Notes: a model not told the origin generated them from the letters alone. 61,046 bases of DNA from Candidatus Cloacimonadota bacterium (GCA_020532355.1 JAJBBD010000138.1:1-61046), one strand, 5' to 3'. Numbered from the stretch's first letter, positions 26,915 to 36,810 are shown. Numbers and translations: made by a program.

Positions 26915-27802
26915 TTAATTTTTTAGCATTTTTGTGCTTTGGGATATTTCCCAGTTAAACGGATTTTTCCCTCTTACATAAAAATCCCATGAGCCCAATA
27001 ACCGGCAATAAACCTCCAAAAGAACGGCTGCAAAAAGGCGGAATACTTCAAGAGGTCGCTCTTTAATCTCAGTTTTTAAAATGCGCACAAGAATGCCCTT
27101 ATCCTGCGATATAACTTGGTAGTTCTGATTTTTGATAAGCCATAAATGCCCGTTTTGAATACGGCGCCGTTGCTTGATAAAATCGCTTATGTTTTCAGGT
27201 CCTTTATTCGTTATTAGTGCTGCGGGGAGATAACGCAATGAAAGTCCTTTGGCACGCACAATTGCCTCTATACTTGCCTCATCTACGGCTGAATCTTTGG
27301 GGATGGCATCCATGACCTTTCTAAATGCGATCATTTCTCCCAATTTTGGCGATATCAGTGCCATGCGATGGTGCAAACGCCAAAGAAGATTAACTGAATA
27401 ACCAACAAAACTATCATTACTATTTATCGGCACAGGTCTGCCTCCGCTTGCTCCAACTCTCTCATCCTCAAAAACAGATACGAGTTGTTCAATTGTGCTT
27501 TTTGCGGGGATCACATCAGCGGAAACAACAAGCAAGATATCTTCTTTTGCATTTGCCATAAACAAATTGATTGCACTAGATTTGCCCTCCCTCTTTTGTT
27601 GCGTAAAAAGCTTAACCAATGGGTGTTTGAGGGCATATTCTCGCACCAAATCATCCGTATTATCTGTGCTGGCACTAGATACTACAATTATCTCGCTAAT
27701 AGACACCTTATCAAGTATCTGCTCGCTTAAAGCTGAAAGCAGATGCAAGATATTTGCTTCCTCATTATGGGCAAACACGCCAACGCTGCAACAAATACTC
27801 AT
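26915..27802 (-). CDS. family 2 glycosyltransferase
   Basis: VGVFAHNEEANI..., SSASTDNTDD, SADV.. DxD-like region, QRRRIQNG. GT2 fold pattern. Confidence 0.8.
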   Translation of the reverse strand: MSICCSVGVFAHNEEANILHLLSALSEQILDKVSISEIIVVSSASTDNTDDLVREYALKHPLVKLFTQQKREGKSSAINLFMANAKEDILLVVSADVIPAKSTIEQLVSVFEDERVGASGGRPVPINSNDSFVGYSVNLLWRLHHRMALISPKLGEMIAFRKVMDAIPKDSAVDEASIEAIVRAKGLSLRYLPAALITNKGPENISDFIKQRRRIQNGHLWLIKNQNYQVISQDKGILVRILKTEIKERPLEVFRLFAAVLLEVYCRLLGSWDFYVRGKNPFNWEISQSTKMLKN

Positions 27803-27805
27803 TCT

Positions 27806-28276
27806 TTATGTGGGCAATTGCCTTCCTGGCATACTATGAGGTATCCCTTTGTTAATCGCATCCAAAATTCCGTTAATAAACTTTCCGGTGTGTTCACTGC
27901 AGAATTTTTTAGCTATTTCAATACCTTCGTTTATAATTACTGGGGCTGGAGTATCGGTAAACATCAGCTCATAAACGGCAACTATCAATATGCTCTTATC
28001 TAAATGGGCTATGGATTCCAACGACCAGTGCTCGGTATACTTATCAATCTCTGCTTCAATATCTTCAATATTAATGATGGTGTTTTTAACTAATTCATCG
28101 GCAAAAGCATAAACCGTTGAGGATGGACTAATATTCTCTGCCGAAGTTAATTGACGCAGAATCTCCGGATATTCATTTAGTAATCCATATTCGCGATATT
28201 CTGCTTCAACATCGGCAAAATCCAACGCATAAATGCACTGAACGGCAAATTCCCGCGCTTTACGACGCTGCCCCAT
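27806..28276 (-). CDS. nusB: transcription antitermination factor NusB
   Basis: RRKAREFAVQCIYA..., size, and the classical ribH-nusB adjacency. Confidence 0.85.
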   Translation of the reverse strand: MGQRRKAREFAVQCIYALDFADVEAEYREYGLLNEYPEILRQLTSAENISPSSTVYAFADELVKNTIINIEDIEAEIDKYTEHWSLESIAHLDKSILIVAVYELMFTDTPAPVIINEGIEIAKKFCSEHTGKFINGILDAINKGIPHSMPGRQLPT

Positions 28277-28278
28277 TG

Positions 28279-28740
28279 TTACAACTCCTGCATCAAGTTC
28301 ACCATCTCTACAGCGTTTAGTGCAGCGGTAAAACCTTTGTTTCCGGCCTTAGATCCCGCTCTTTCAATTGCTTGATCTACGCTATCTGTGGTTAAAACCC
28401 CAAAAATAACCGGCTTAGATGTAGATAAAGCAACCTGAGCTATTCCCTTGCTTACTTCTGCCGAAACATATTCAAAATGAGGAGTACTACCCCGAATCAC
28501 CGATCCTAGACATATTACTGCATCTATATCATTTTTTTGAGCGGCTTTTTGTGCCACAACTGGGATCTCAAATGCTCCCGGTACCCATATAACCGTTATA
28601 TCCTCTTCCTGCACTTCGCTGCGGCGTAAACAGTCTAAAGCCCCTTCCAACAACTTTCCGCTTATAGCCTCGTTAAAACGGCTTACAACTATGCTAAAGC
28701 GATAGCCTTTGGAAACCAGATTTCCTTGTATTGTTCGCAT
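28279..28740 (-). CDS. ribH: 6,7-dimethyl-8-ribityllumazine synthase
   Basis: [11 protein letters not shown]..., [23 protein letters not shown]. Confidence 0.9.
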   Translation of the reverse strand: MRTIQGNLVSKGYRFSIVVSRFNEAISGKLLEGALDCLRRSEVQEEDITVIWVPGAFEIPVVAQKAAQKNDIDAVICLGSVIRGSTPHFEYVSAEVSKGIAQVALSTSKPVIFGVLTTDSVDQAIERAGSKAGNKGFTAALNAVEMVNLMQEL

Positions 28741-28802
28741 TTATAGCTCCTTTAATCAAAATTGGTCTATAGTGAGTCAAGATATATTAGGGTTAAAATC
28801 AT

Positions 28803-30089
28803 TCAAGTAAAATCTTCACTATAGAGCTGCCAATCTTCCCAGAGAGGATCAACAACCAGAATATCTCGTCTTAAATTATGCTTCAATTCCTCAAGACTCA
28901 TATTATCTAAAGTATATCCTTCATGATTAAAAATGCAAGAGGGTACCACTATACAGCTATGCTTTGAGGCTTGCACTTGGGATAGTATATCCTGCGCAGT
29001 GATGAGTCCTGCCACCGAAACCTGTCCGCCAAAGAATTCGTTACGAATCACTTGCAGGCTGATTTTTCGATCTCTTAGCCTATTTGACATCACTTTCACC
29101 AATCGCTGAATTAGTTTTTGCGCACTTGTTGAACACAAGAAGTGATAGTCATTATCTGTTTTCCTCAATTCCCTTAAGAAAGAGCGCTTATATAGATGAA
29201 AATTCCGTTCTCCCAATCTCAACATACCAATTCCATTCTCCAGTTGAGGGTAATCCGCATAATATTCCTCCGATGGAATCGATACATCTGCTAATACAAA
29301 GAATTCATCGGCTGCGAAGATGCGTTTGCCCGTTTCTAGAGCCCTTAGCTCATCGATGATTGCCAAAGTATCTCTTGCATTTTGGGGTGTAAATGAATCC
29401 AGTTTACACAGTTTATGGCGATATTTAGTAAGCCCCACAGGCACTACTCCGATAGATTTTACATTCAGTTTAGAGTCCATCAGATCCATTATGCTGTTTT
29501 TAAGCTCATCTTTATCGTTGTAACCTGGTACACACACAATTTGGCTATGAAAAGCAATGTCACATTTTGAAAGTCTACGTAAGATTTGGATCGGATTAAT
29601 GGCTTTAGCAGAGCGCATCATTTTTTGCCTTAGTTCAACATTAGTAGTGTGTATGGAAACGTATAATGGGCTAATATGCTGATCACAAATTCTGGTAAGA
29701 TCTTCTTCACTCAAATTGGAGAGGGTTATATAGTTTCCATATACAAACGAAAATATGAAATCGTCGTCTTTTGTATATAGTGTTTTCCGCATTCCACTGG
29801 GCATTTGATCGATAAAACAAAATATGCAGTGATTGTTACAAGTCCGCAAGCTATAGTCTTCTGGAATAATACCCAAAGGTTTTGAGTTTTCTCTATAGAT
29901 TGTAATTTCTTTTAAGTTTCCCAGCCTATCATCTAGTTCCAAATCAAGTTTGAAATCCGAAGCATAGAATTCCAAATCCAAAAAATCTCTGATAGCTTCT
30001 CCATTTACTCGGATAAGCGTATCACCTGGTGCAATTTCTGCCTCAGCCGCTAGGCTTTTTGGCTCCACAGATCTTATCCTAAGAGGCAT
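28803..30089 (-). CDS. PDZ domain / DUF512 radical-SAM-like Fe-S protein
   Basis: N-terminal PDZ-like segment (IAPGDTLIRVNGEAI), then CNNHCIFC (CxxxCxxC) and a DUF512-like C-terminal half. Confidence 0.7.
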   Translation of the reverse strand: MPLRIRSVEPKSLAAEAEIAPGDTLIRVNGEAIRDFLDLEFYASDFKLDLELDDRLGNLKEITIYRENSKPLGIIPEDYSLRTCNNHCIFCFIDQMPSGMRKTLYTKDDDFIFSFVYGNYITLSNLSEEDLTRICDQHISPLYVSIHTTNVELRQKMMRSAKAINPIQILRRLSKCDIAFHSQIVCVPGYNDKDELKNSIMDLMDSKLNVKSIGVVPVGLTKYRHKLCKLDSFTPQNARDTLAIIDELRALETGKRIFAADEFFVLADVSIPSEEYYADYPQLENGIGMLRLGERNFHLYKRSFLRELRKTDNDYHFLCSTSAQKLIQRLVKVMSNRLRDRKISLQVIRNEFFGGQVSVAGLITAQDILSQVQASKHSCIVVPSCIFNHEGYTLDNMSLEELKHNLRRDILVVDPLWEDWQLYSEDFT

Positions 30090-30853
30090 TAATGCAATTC
30101 CACAGGTATTTTTAGATGGAAGCAGCTACCAACCCCCAACTGCGAGCTTGCGCTTATTTCGCCGCCTAGCAATTCTACAATCTTACTGGAAATACCAAGT
30201 CCCAATCCCAAGCCAGGATACGCCCTCGTAATACTGTTATCAGCTTGTTCGAATGCTTCAAATATAATTTTTAGCCTTTCTGCCTCAATTCCGCATCCAG
30301 TATCTTCAACCTCAATATCCAGCCATTGATCTCCGGTATTGGTGCTTCTTAATTGCACTCGTAGTGTCACAGATCCGCTTGCAGTAAATTTAACCGCATT
30401 AGATATAATAAAGCTCAACACCCGCTCCAGTTTTTCCGAATCCACTATAACGATAGGCATATCACCACATTCGAAAATTGGTTTTAGTTTTTTGGCAAGT
30501 ATCAACGGATGATAATGCTCCCAAATCTGTTTAAGCAGTTTATCCAAATCACAATCCACAGGATGTAAATTTGTTTTCCCCATTTGCAGGTTAGATAGAT
30601 CCAATAAGTTTCCAATTAGAATCAACAGCTTTTTGCCGCTATCTAAAATCACATCCACATAATCTGCTTGTTTAGGGTTTAGATCTGTAGTTTTCAGCAT
30701 CTGCGCAAAACCCATGATCGCATTCATCGGAGTGCGTATCTCGTGGCTCACATTGGCTATAAAAGCATTCTTGGCATAGGTATTGGCATCGGGTTGAACT
30801 GGTTTGGAGCTTACGGTTTTTGCTTTTTCAGATTGTGCTTGTGTACAATTCAT
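30089..30853 (-). CDS. soluble histidine kinase core (HisKA + HATPase_c) without a sensor domain
   Basis: H-box FIANVSHEIRTPMNAIMGF, N-box ISNAVKFT, G1 DTGCGI, G2 GLGLGLGIS. Only about 35 aa precede the H-box and there is no TM segment. Confidence 0.8.
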   Translation of the reverse strand: MNCTQAQSEKAKTVSSKPVQPDANTYAKNAFIANVSHEIRTPMNAIMGFAQMLKTTDLNPKQADYVDVILDSGKKLLILIGNLLDLSNLQMGKTNLHPVDCDLDKLLKQIWEHYHPLILAKKLKPIFECGDMPIVIVDSEKLERVLSFIISNAVKFTASGSVTLRVQLRSTNTGDQWLDIEVEDTGCGIEAERLKIIFEAFEQADNSITRAYPGLGLGLGISSKIVELLGGEISASSQLGVGSCFHLKIPVELH

Positions 30854-31965
30854 GTATTGCGAATCCTATCATAATGGAATTTAAAGCGTTTTATTCCTTC
30901 AAATATAGTACGTGCAAGTCTTATTTGGTACTCTTCATTTATTAAAAGCCGTTCTTCATCCTGATTGGATAAAAACCCCAATTCTATCAGGATCGATGGC
31001 ATAAATGCTCCTCTTAACACATAAAAGTTTGCCTGTTTTACTCCTCTATCGTAAGCTTGGGTACCGGCAATAAGGTTTTGCTGAACATTACCCGCCAACT
31101 CATTACTGCTTTCCAAATGCTCCGTCTGACTCAAATCGCTCAATATGAAATCCAAATCGTCATATTTGCTGCGAGCAGATGCACCACCCTCATAAAGTTC
31201 AACTACCTGGTTTTCAAGCGCTTCCACTGCTCTGGCATCAGAGGTCATAGCCGTTGCCAGATAATATGTCTCAGTGCCCTTTGATGCAGGGTTCTTGGAA
31301 GCATTAGCGTGTATGCTAACAAACAGATCCGCATTATTTTCGTTGGCAAAACGAGTGCGATCGCCCAAAGAAACAAAACGGTCATCCTGTCTGGTCATCA
31401 ATACTCTTACGCCCAACTCTTGTTCCAACATCTGTTTAAGCTTTAGTGCCACAGACAAATTTACATCTTTCTCTTTTACTTTCATCTTTTTACCCACCGC
31501 ACCAGGGTCTTTCCCACCATGACCAGGATCCAGCACGATTACTTGAACGCTATGATCCACCGGTTTTTTAATACGCAATACGGAATCTTGAAACTGATTG
31601 TCGTTGGGAAAATGCATAGGTAGGTGAGCGGTAAAAAACTCAAGCGGCAAATAATAGTCTCCGGATATCCGTTTAAGCGGATACTGCATATTGTAAGAGT
31701 CTATTTTGTAGCTATAATATGCGCTACCTTCCAAAAAGATAAATGTTTCTCCATATATGTGCAGATATAGCCGTTGATCGGAGCGTTCCTGCTTTTGGAT
31801 GCAGCGGAATATAGGGCTCACATCTTTGATTGCCAGATACTTAACCCCCTTAATTTCGGTTTCTGGGATATTCTCCCTCCCACTCTCGCCAGCAATCTGA
31901 ACTCGCAAACTCCAGGCTATGTTTGCACATATCAGGATCAGTAATATTACATATATTTTCTTCAT
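30850..31965 (-). CDS. N-acetylmuramoyl-L-alanine amidase (Amidase_3, AmiC-like)
   Basis: VLDPGHGGKDPGA, SIHANA, IELGFLSN. Confidence 0.85.
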   Translation of the reverse strand: MKKIYVILLILICANIAWSLRVQIAGESGRENIPETEIKGVKYLAIKDVSPIFRCIQKQERSDQRLYLHIYGETFIFLEGSAYYSYKIDSYNMQYPLKRISGDYYLPLEFFTAHLPMHFPNDNQFQDSVLRIKKPVDHSVQVIVLDPGHGGKDPGAVGKKMKVKEKDVNLSVALKLKQMLEQELGVRVLMTRQDDRFVSLGDRTRFANENNADLFVSIHANASKNPASKGTETYYLATAMTSDARAVEALENQVVELYEGGASARSKYDDLDFILSDLSQTEHLESSNELAGNVQQNLIAGTQAYDRGVKQANFYVLRGAFMPSILIELGFLSNQDEERLLINEEYQIRLARTIFEGIKRFKFHYDRIRNT

Positions 31966-31968
31966 AAT

Positions 31969-32898
31969 CTAATTTCTCGCCGCATATCTCGGTAGTTTAA
32001 GTTCTTTATTTACTCTAAACTTAGGCGTCCATAAATCCGAACAGGATAGCTGCTGAATATATACATTGCTAAAACCCAGATCTGTTGCCACAGCCAATAC
32101 TTCCTGATACTCTTGAGCATAAATTCCACGATTTAGCTCAGGATAGTGATGCGCATTCCCGGCCGGATAATACTGCGCCATAATACTTAATGCCATTTCT
32201 GGACCAAACTCGTCGAATATCTTTAGCAAACTCTGCTTGGCGCCTGCCAATCCATGTGGCAAAACCAATAGGCGTATCAAAACACCGCTTTGGGCAATGC
32301 CATCTGCATCTAACTGTAACTTTCCTTTCTGGCGATGCATTTCCCGTATGGCTCCAAAAGCAATTTCTGGGTAATTTGCTGCATGAGAATACTTCTTGGC
32401 ATACAAGCTGTGATAGTACTTGTAATCTGGCAAATAGATATCTATCAAACCATCTAATGTTTTTAAGGTCTCAATCTTCTCATAAGCGCTACTATTCCAC
32501 AAAACCGGTATTTGCAAACCTAGATTTTTCGCTTTACGGATCACGCCAATAAGCTGCAAACTGTAGTGAGTAGGCGTTACCAGATTGATATTGTGCGCCC
32601 CTGCAGCTTCCAGCTCGAAAAACATTTCTACTAATGCCTCTTCGCTTATGTTTGTGCCATTCCCCTCAAAGCTTATAACACTATTCTGGCAATACTCACA
32701 AAGCAGGTTGCAATAAGCAAAGAATACCGTACCGCTACCTTGTGTGCCTGAGATGGGAGGTTCTTCACCAAAATGCAATTGCGTCAAATTTACTCTTAGC
32801 TCTGCCTTAACATTACAGAAACCTACTGCAGAATAACGATTTACCCCACATTCTCGGGGACATATTCGACATTGTTGCAATAGATCTCTTACAATCAC
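31969..32898 (-). CDS. radical SAM protein (PflX-like activase family)
   Basis: CNLLCEYCQN (CxxxCxxC) preceded by the Cys-rich CRICPRECGVNR...GFC. About 309 aa. Confidence 0.7.
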   Translation of the reverse strand: MIVRDLLQQCRICPRECGVNRYSAVGFCNVKAELRVNLTQLHFGEEPPISGTQGSGTVFFAYCNLLCEYCQNSVISFEGNGTNISEEALVEMFFELEAAGAHNINLVTPTHYSLQLIGVIRKAKNLGLQIPVLWNSSAYEKIETLKTLDGLIDIYLPDYKYYHSLYAKKYSHAANYPEIAFGAIREMHRQKGKLQLDADGIAQSGVLIRLLVLPHGLAGAKQSLLKIFDEFGPEMALSIMAQYYPAGNAHHYPELNRGIYAQEYQEVLAVATDLGFSNVYIQQLSCSDLWTPKFRVNKELKLPRYAARN

Positions 32899-33278
32899 AA
32901 CCTAAAAGCTCCCGGCAATAGTAGTTTCATAGTGCTTTCCACTGTTTCGTTCCGGTTAGCATACACCACCGGAATACTCGGGGCAAATTCGCTTATTACC
33001 TGCCTACATGCCCCACAAGGCGGAAAAAGCTTATTGCTATCAACATATATCGCAATCGCAGTAAATTCTTTATGACCCTCACTAACCGCTTTGAAGATGG
33101 CAGTACGTTCTGCACAAATGGTTAGCGAATAAGAAGCGTTCTCTATGTTGCACCCAGTATAAATGCTCCCATCAGTACATTTTATTGCACTCCCAACTTT
33201 ATACCCAGAATAAGGCACATAGGCTTGTTCTGCCGCTTTCTGCGCCAGCTTTAAAAGCTCACTTAACTCACTGTTCAT
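32895..33278 (-). CDS. cdd: cytidine deaminase
   Basis: CAERTAI and PCGACRQV zinc-binding motifs. 127 aa. Confidence 0.85.
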   Translation of the reverse strand: MNSELSELLKLAQKAAEQAYVPYSGYKVGSAIKCTDGSIYTGCNIENASYSLTICAERTAIFKAVSEGHKEFTAIAIYVDSNKLFPPCGACRQVISEFAPSIPVVYANRNETVESTMKLLLPGAFRL

Positions 33279-33288
33279 TTTAAAACTC

Positions 33289-34389
33289 CTAAGCCAATAA
33301 CGAAAGGATTATTCCGCCGGCAATGACACTACTGATTTGTCCCCCCACATTAACACTTACCGCTGGCATCAGCAAAAAGTTAAATGGATCTTCTTTCTGA
33401 CCCATCTGATGAATCACTCTGGCACTCATCGGAAATGCTGAAATACCGCAAGCTCCAATCATTGGATTCACTTTGTCTTTACGAATCAGGTTTAGCAATT
33501 TGGCAAATAGCACGCCCCCGGCAGTATCGAAGATAAAGGCTACCAAACCCAATACCAAGATGAATAGGGTTTGTGGGCGCAAGAAGTATTCTCCCTGCAT
33601 CTTGCTGGCAATAGTTATTCCCAACAAAATTGTAACTATATTCCCCAGTTCGTTCTGTGCGGATTTGGAGAGACTTTCCAATACTTTACATTCGCGCAGA
33701 AGATTGCCGAACATCAAAAAGCCAATCAACGCCAAAGAAGCCGGAACAAACACTCCGGCAACGATAGTAATGGCGATGGGAAAAAGTATCTTAACTGTTC
33801 TTGATACATCTCCGCTATGGTAGTCCATTCTTATCTGACGCTCTTTCTTGGTTGTTAAAGCCCTAATTACAGGAGGCTGGATAATTGGCACCAAAGCCAT
33901 ATACGAATATGCTGCTACGGATATTGGACCTAATAGATTTGGAGCAAAACGATTGGCTACATAAATAGAAGTTGGGCCATCTGCCGCACCGATTATCCCT
34001 ATTGAAGCAGCTTCTTTGATATCGAAACCCCACGCTGCGGCTACTACAATGGTAACAAATATTCCAAATTGAGCTGCTGCGCCAAACAGCAACATAAATG
34101 GATTTTTTAAGAGCGGACTAAAGTCTATCATCGCCCCAATTGCAATGAAGATTAAAAGAGGAAACAATTCTGTATCGATGCCTGCTTTGAATAACACAGT
34201 TAAAGGACCATGTTCGCCAATTGCTGCCGACATTGGAATATTCGTTAAGATTGTGCCAAAACCTATCGGTAATAGTAGCGCCGGCTCGTATTTTTTGCTT
34301 ATCGCAAGCCATATCAATACGATACCTACGATTATCATAATCAACTGCGTAAGTTGAAAATTCGTAAGAGCAGACAGCATTACTTCCAT
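33289..34389 (-). CDS. sodium ion-translocating decarboxylase beta subunit (OadB/MmdB/GcdB family)
   Basis: Polytopic membrane protein with family-typical segments (EPALLLPIGFG, IIGAADGPTSIY, ISAFPMSARV). Confidence 0.8.
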   Translation of the reverse strand: MEVMLSALTNFQLTQLIMIIVGIVLIWLAISKKYEPALLLPIGFGTILTNIPMSAAIGEHGPLTVLFKAGIDTELFPLLIFIAIGAMIDFSPLLKNPFMLLFGAAAQFGIFVTIVVAAAWGFDIKEAASIGIIGAADGPTSIYVANRFAPNLLGPISVAAYSYMALVPIIQPPVIRALTTKKERQIRMDYHSGDVSRTVKILFPIAITIVAGVFVPASLALIGFLMFGNLLRECKVLESLSKSAQNELGNIVTILLGITIASKMQGEYFLRPQTLFILVLGLVAFIFDTAGGVLFAKLLNLIRKDKVNPMIGACGISAFPMSARVIHQMGQKEDPFNFLLMPAVSVNVGGQISSVIAGGIILSLLA

Positions 34390-34947
34390 TATGACTCCAT
34401 TTGTTCAGATTAATATCACACTATTTATCCGGCTCATTTTTGTCAAGTTTCCTTAAGTTAATAATGATATTGCACTTTCACTAAAACTTTTTTTTCTTAA
34501 AAAAAGGCTCCCATATTTGCAGATTTAGTTGCTATATCGCCTTTGAGCTAGCAAGATTCTCTTGTAGCAAGGATCGAAGACATTGTTACAAAATGCTTTT
34601 ATCACTTCTTTGCACCTTTTTTAATTCACAGTATACAAAGCAAAATCCCAACACTCAAAAAATAATCCAGTTTCGGCTCAATATGCCACTACGGTAATCC
34701 ACACACACTTTAAAAGAGCAAAAACTGAGCAAACTGCAATTTCTTACCCAAACTTTCAAACCATAATTATCGTAGCTTCATCCCGTGATACTCCCCAAAT
34801 ACAGGATCATGGCCGCCTTAACCAAGCTTGATTGTGAGCTAGTCCATTGAGGGCAGCTCAACATTTCAATTGACAAATCAATACCAGATTATTTGTTAGC
34901 TATTGGTCTTAGTAAAAATTTTATTGATTATCCCAATCTTAGGAGTT

Positions 34948-36684
34948 ATGATGAAATTTGGATACTTATTGATTTGCTTTGTTCTGTGCTTCCTTAACTG
35001 CTCGCTTGGAGCAAAATCTTTTGAGGTCTACGACATTCGGGGAAGATATGTTGGCAACGCTCAGCTCCCCGCAAATACGAGTTCTGGAACTTGGGCAAAT
35101 ATACCTAATGCCCAAACATCAAGAATGTTATCAGATTTCCCAATTGGAAGATATATCATAAAAGAAATTATGCCTTACTCTTACACTAACTTTCCGAAAA
35201 ATAGCGACGCATTTGCATGGCAAGATGTAACATCTCAGGTTTACCCGCTACTAGAAACCAATACTAATGCCATAGCTGTAGCCGATTTTAATGGAGACGG
35301 TAGGGACGATATTTTTGAATATTGCGCACTTAGCCCAGATCAGTTAACAGGAGCGTCAAAACTCTATATTCGTCATCCAGAGGAGGGATTTGTTGAAGAA
35401 TCTGCAAGCCGTTTACCCGATATTTCTGCACAAGGCTTTACTGTTCAAGTTCTTGATGTCCAAAATGATGGGCATAAAGATATTTTGTTGATAGATGAAA
35501 GTTACAATGATCGCAGTACTACAAATGTGCTATTAATAAATGATGGCACAGGTCATTTTACTTATGCCAATCAGAGCGTGTTGCCACCAGTTAACGCACT
35601 GGATGCAGTAATTGGTGATTTTAATCAAGATAGCTTTGATGACATTGCATATCTGGTAATTGATGATGGTTTATTGAAACTACATCTATGGATCAACATT
35701 GACGGTGAGTATTTTATAGATCAGAGTGCAGAACGCTTGCCATTCTCAGAATCGGACATCATGTCGACGGATTTTATTTCTATATTGGATTTAAATCAGG
35801 ATTCTCATCTGGATATAATAATGACAAACAGCGTTGTAAATGACAGTCAAAATAACATCCTTCATAATGGAGAAGACTTGGTATTGTTGAACGATGGAGC
35901 GGGATTTTTTGATCTTCCCCCAATAAATCCCCTATCTAATCTTAACCGATTTTTAATGCACTACTATCCAATCGATTATAATAATGATGGAGTTCAAGAC
36001 CTGTTATTGAACTTCTCTATAATAGAAGAAACTGGAAGCAATTCCATCGGGATCTTTGAGCTTATTGATAGTCTATTTGTTGAAGTTGTAGATGCAATAC
36101 CCAATATCCAGTATCATCATAATAATATTCTAATAGATGATTTTACTCAAGACGGATATCCGGATATATTCCTTCCTTGTGTATTATTAGGAGAAGAAGC
36201 GGAGGATATATTTTTGGTTAACAATCAGGATGGCACTTTCGCCAACATGGCAGAAGCCCTGCCTGGAAATGTCGATTTTACTATTGATGCGGCAATCATT
36301 GACCTCAATTTTGATGATAAAGCGGATCTTGCGCTTGGAAACAGCGGCACAGATGCAGGCATACCAGCACAAAACAAATTGTATCAGAATTCTACAATTA
36401 CTAGCATAGACGACCCAGTAGCACCTGTTCCGGAAATATCAGTTTATCCCAACCCCTTCAAAGATTCTGTTCATCTGCAAACTAAAGACAAACACATTGA
36501 TGCGTGCACAGTGTATAATCTTAAGGGACAGATAGTTAAATCCTTCAAACAAACTGCCGCTGTGTCTTCCTTAACATGGAACGGTGAGGATGATCGAGGT
36601 AGTAAAGTGGCGCAAGGGATATATCTGTTACGCTTTCATAGTGGACCGGATACTTATAATCGGAAAGTTTTGTATTTAAAATAG
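34948..36684 (+). CDS. secreted FG-GAP/VCBS-repeat protein with T9SS-type C-terminal domain
   Basis: Start trimmed to the Met pair after an AGGAG RBS. Repeated DFNGDGRDD / DVQNDGHKD / DLNQDSHLD / DYNNDGVQD calcium-binding-like loops. C-terminus VYPNPFKDSVHL...VYNLKGQIV...GIYLLRF. Confidence 0.75.
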   Translation: MMKFGYLLICFVLCFLNCSLGAKSFEVYDIRGRYVGNAQLPANTSSGTWANIPNAQTSRMLSDFPIGRYIIKEIMPYSYTNFPKNSDAFAWQDVTSQVYPLLETNTNAIAVADFNGDGRDDIFEYCALSPDQLTGASKLYIRHPEEGFVEESASRLPDISAQGFTVQVLDVQNDGHKDILLIDESYNDRSTTNVLLINDGTGHFTYANQSVLPPVNALDAVIGDFNQDSFDDIAYLVIDDGLLKLHLWINIDGEYFIDQSAERLPFSESDIMSTDFISILDLNQDSHLDIIMTNSVVNDSQNNILHNGEDLVLLNDGAGFFDLPPINPLSNLNRFLMHYYPIDYNNDGVQDLLLNFSIIEETGSNSIGIFELIDSLFVEVVDAIPNIQYHHNNILIDDFTQDGYPDIFLPCVLLGEEAEDIFLVNNQDGTFANMAEALPGNVDFTIDAAIIDLNFDDKADLALGNSGTDAGIPAQNKLYQNSTITSIDDPVAPVPEISVYPNPFKDSVHLQTKDKHIDACTVYNLKGQIVKSFKQTAAVSSLTWNGEDDRGSKVAQGIYLLRFHSGPDTYNRKVLYLK

Positions 36685-36712
36685 ATATTGGCTTGTGCTC
36701 GCTTAAATGTTT

Positions 36713-36747
36713 GAGGGCTCATCCCCAAGGATTTGCCCTCATTTTAT
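36713..36747 (+). terminator. possible terminator after the FG-GAP gene
   Basis: GAGGGC ... GCCCTC stem (16-nt loop) followed by ATTTTA. Confidence 0.4.
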
Positions 36748-36760
36748 TAATTGCGCCTTT

Positions 36761-36785
36761 AAAAAAAAACCCGGTTTTCACCGGA
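36761..36785 (-). terminator. rho-independent terminator after lpxA
   Basis: The minus strand reads CCGGT-gaaa-ACCGG followed by G and nine T. Confidence 0.65.
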
Positions 36786-36810
36786 TTATAAGCTTTAATT
36801 AGTTACAAAA

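Noticed and set aside
28741-28802. Possible FMN riboswitch upstream of ribH
   Set aside because: The spacer is only 62 nt, too short for an FMN aptamer, and has no conserved FMN-element sequence.
34770-34870. Possible eighth, highly degenerate repeat copy (GTGATACTCCCC ... ACCAAGCTTGATTGTGAGC)
   Set aside because: Only two short, imperfect word matches to the family, too weak to call without a statistical alignment.
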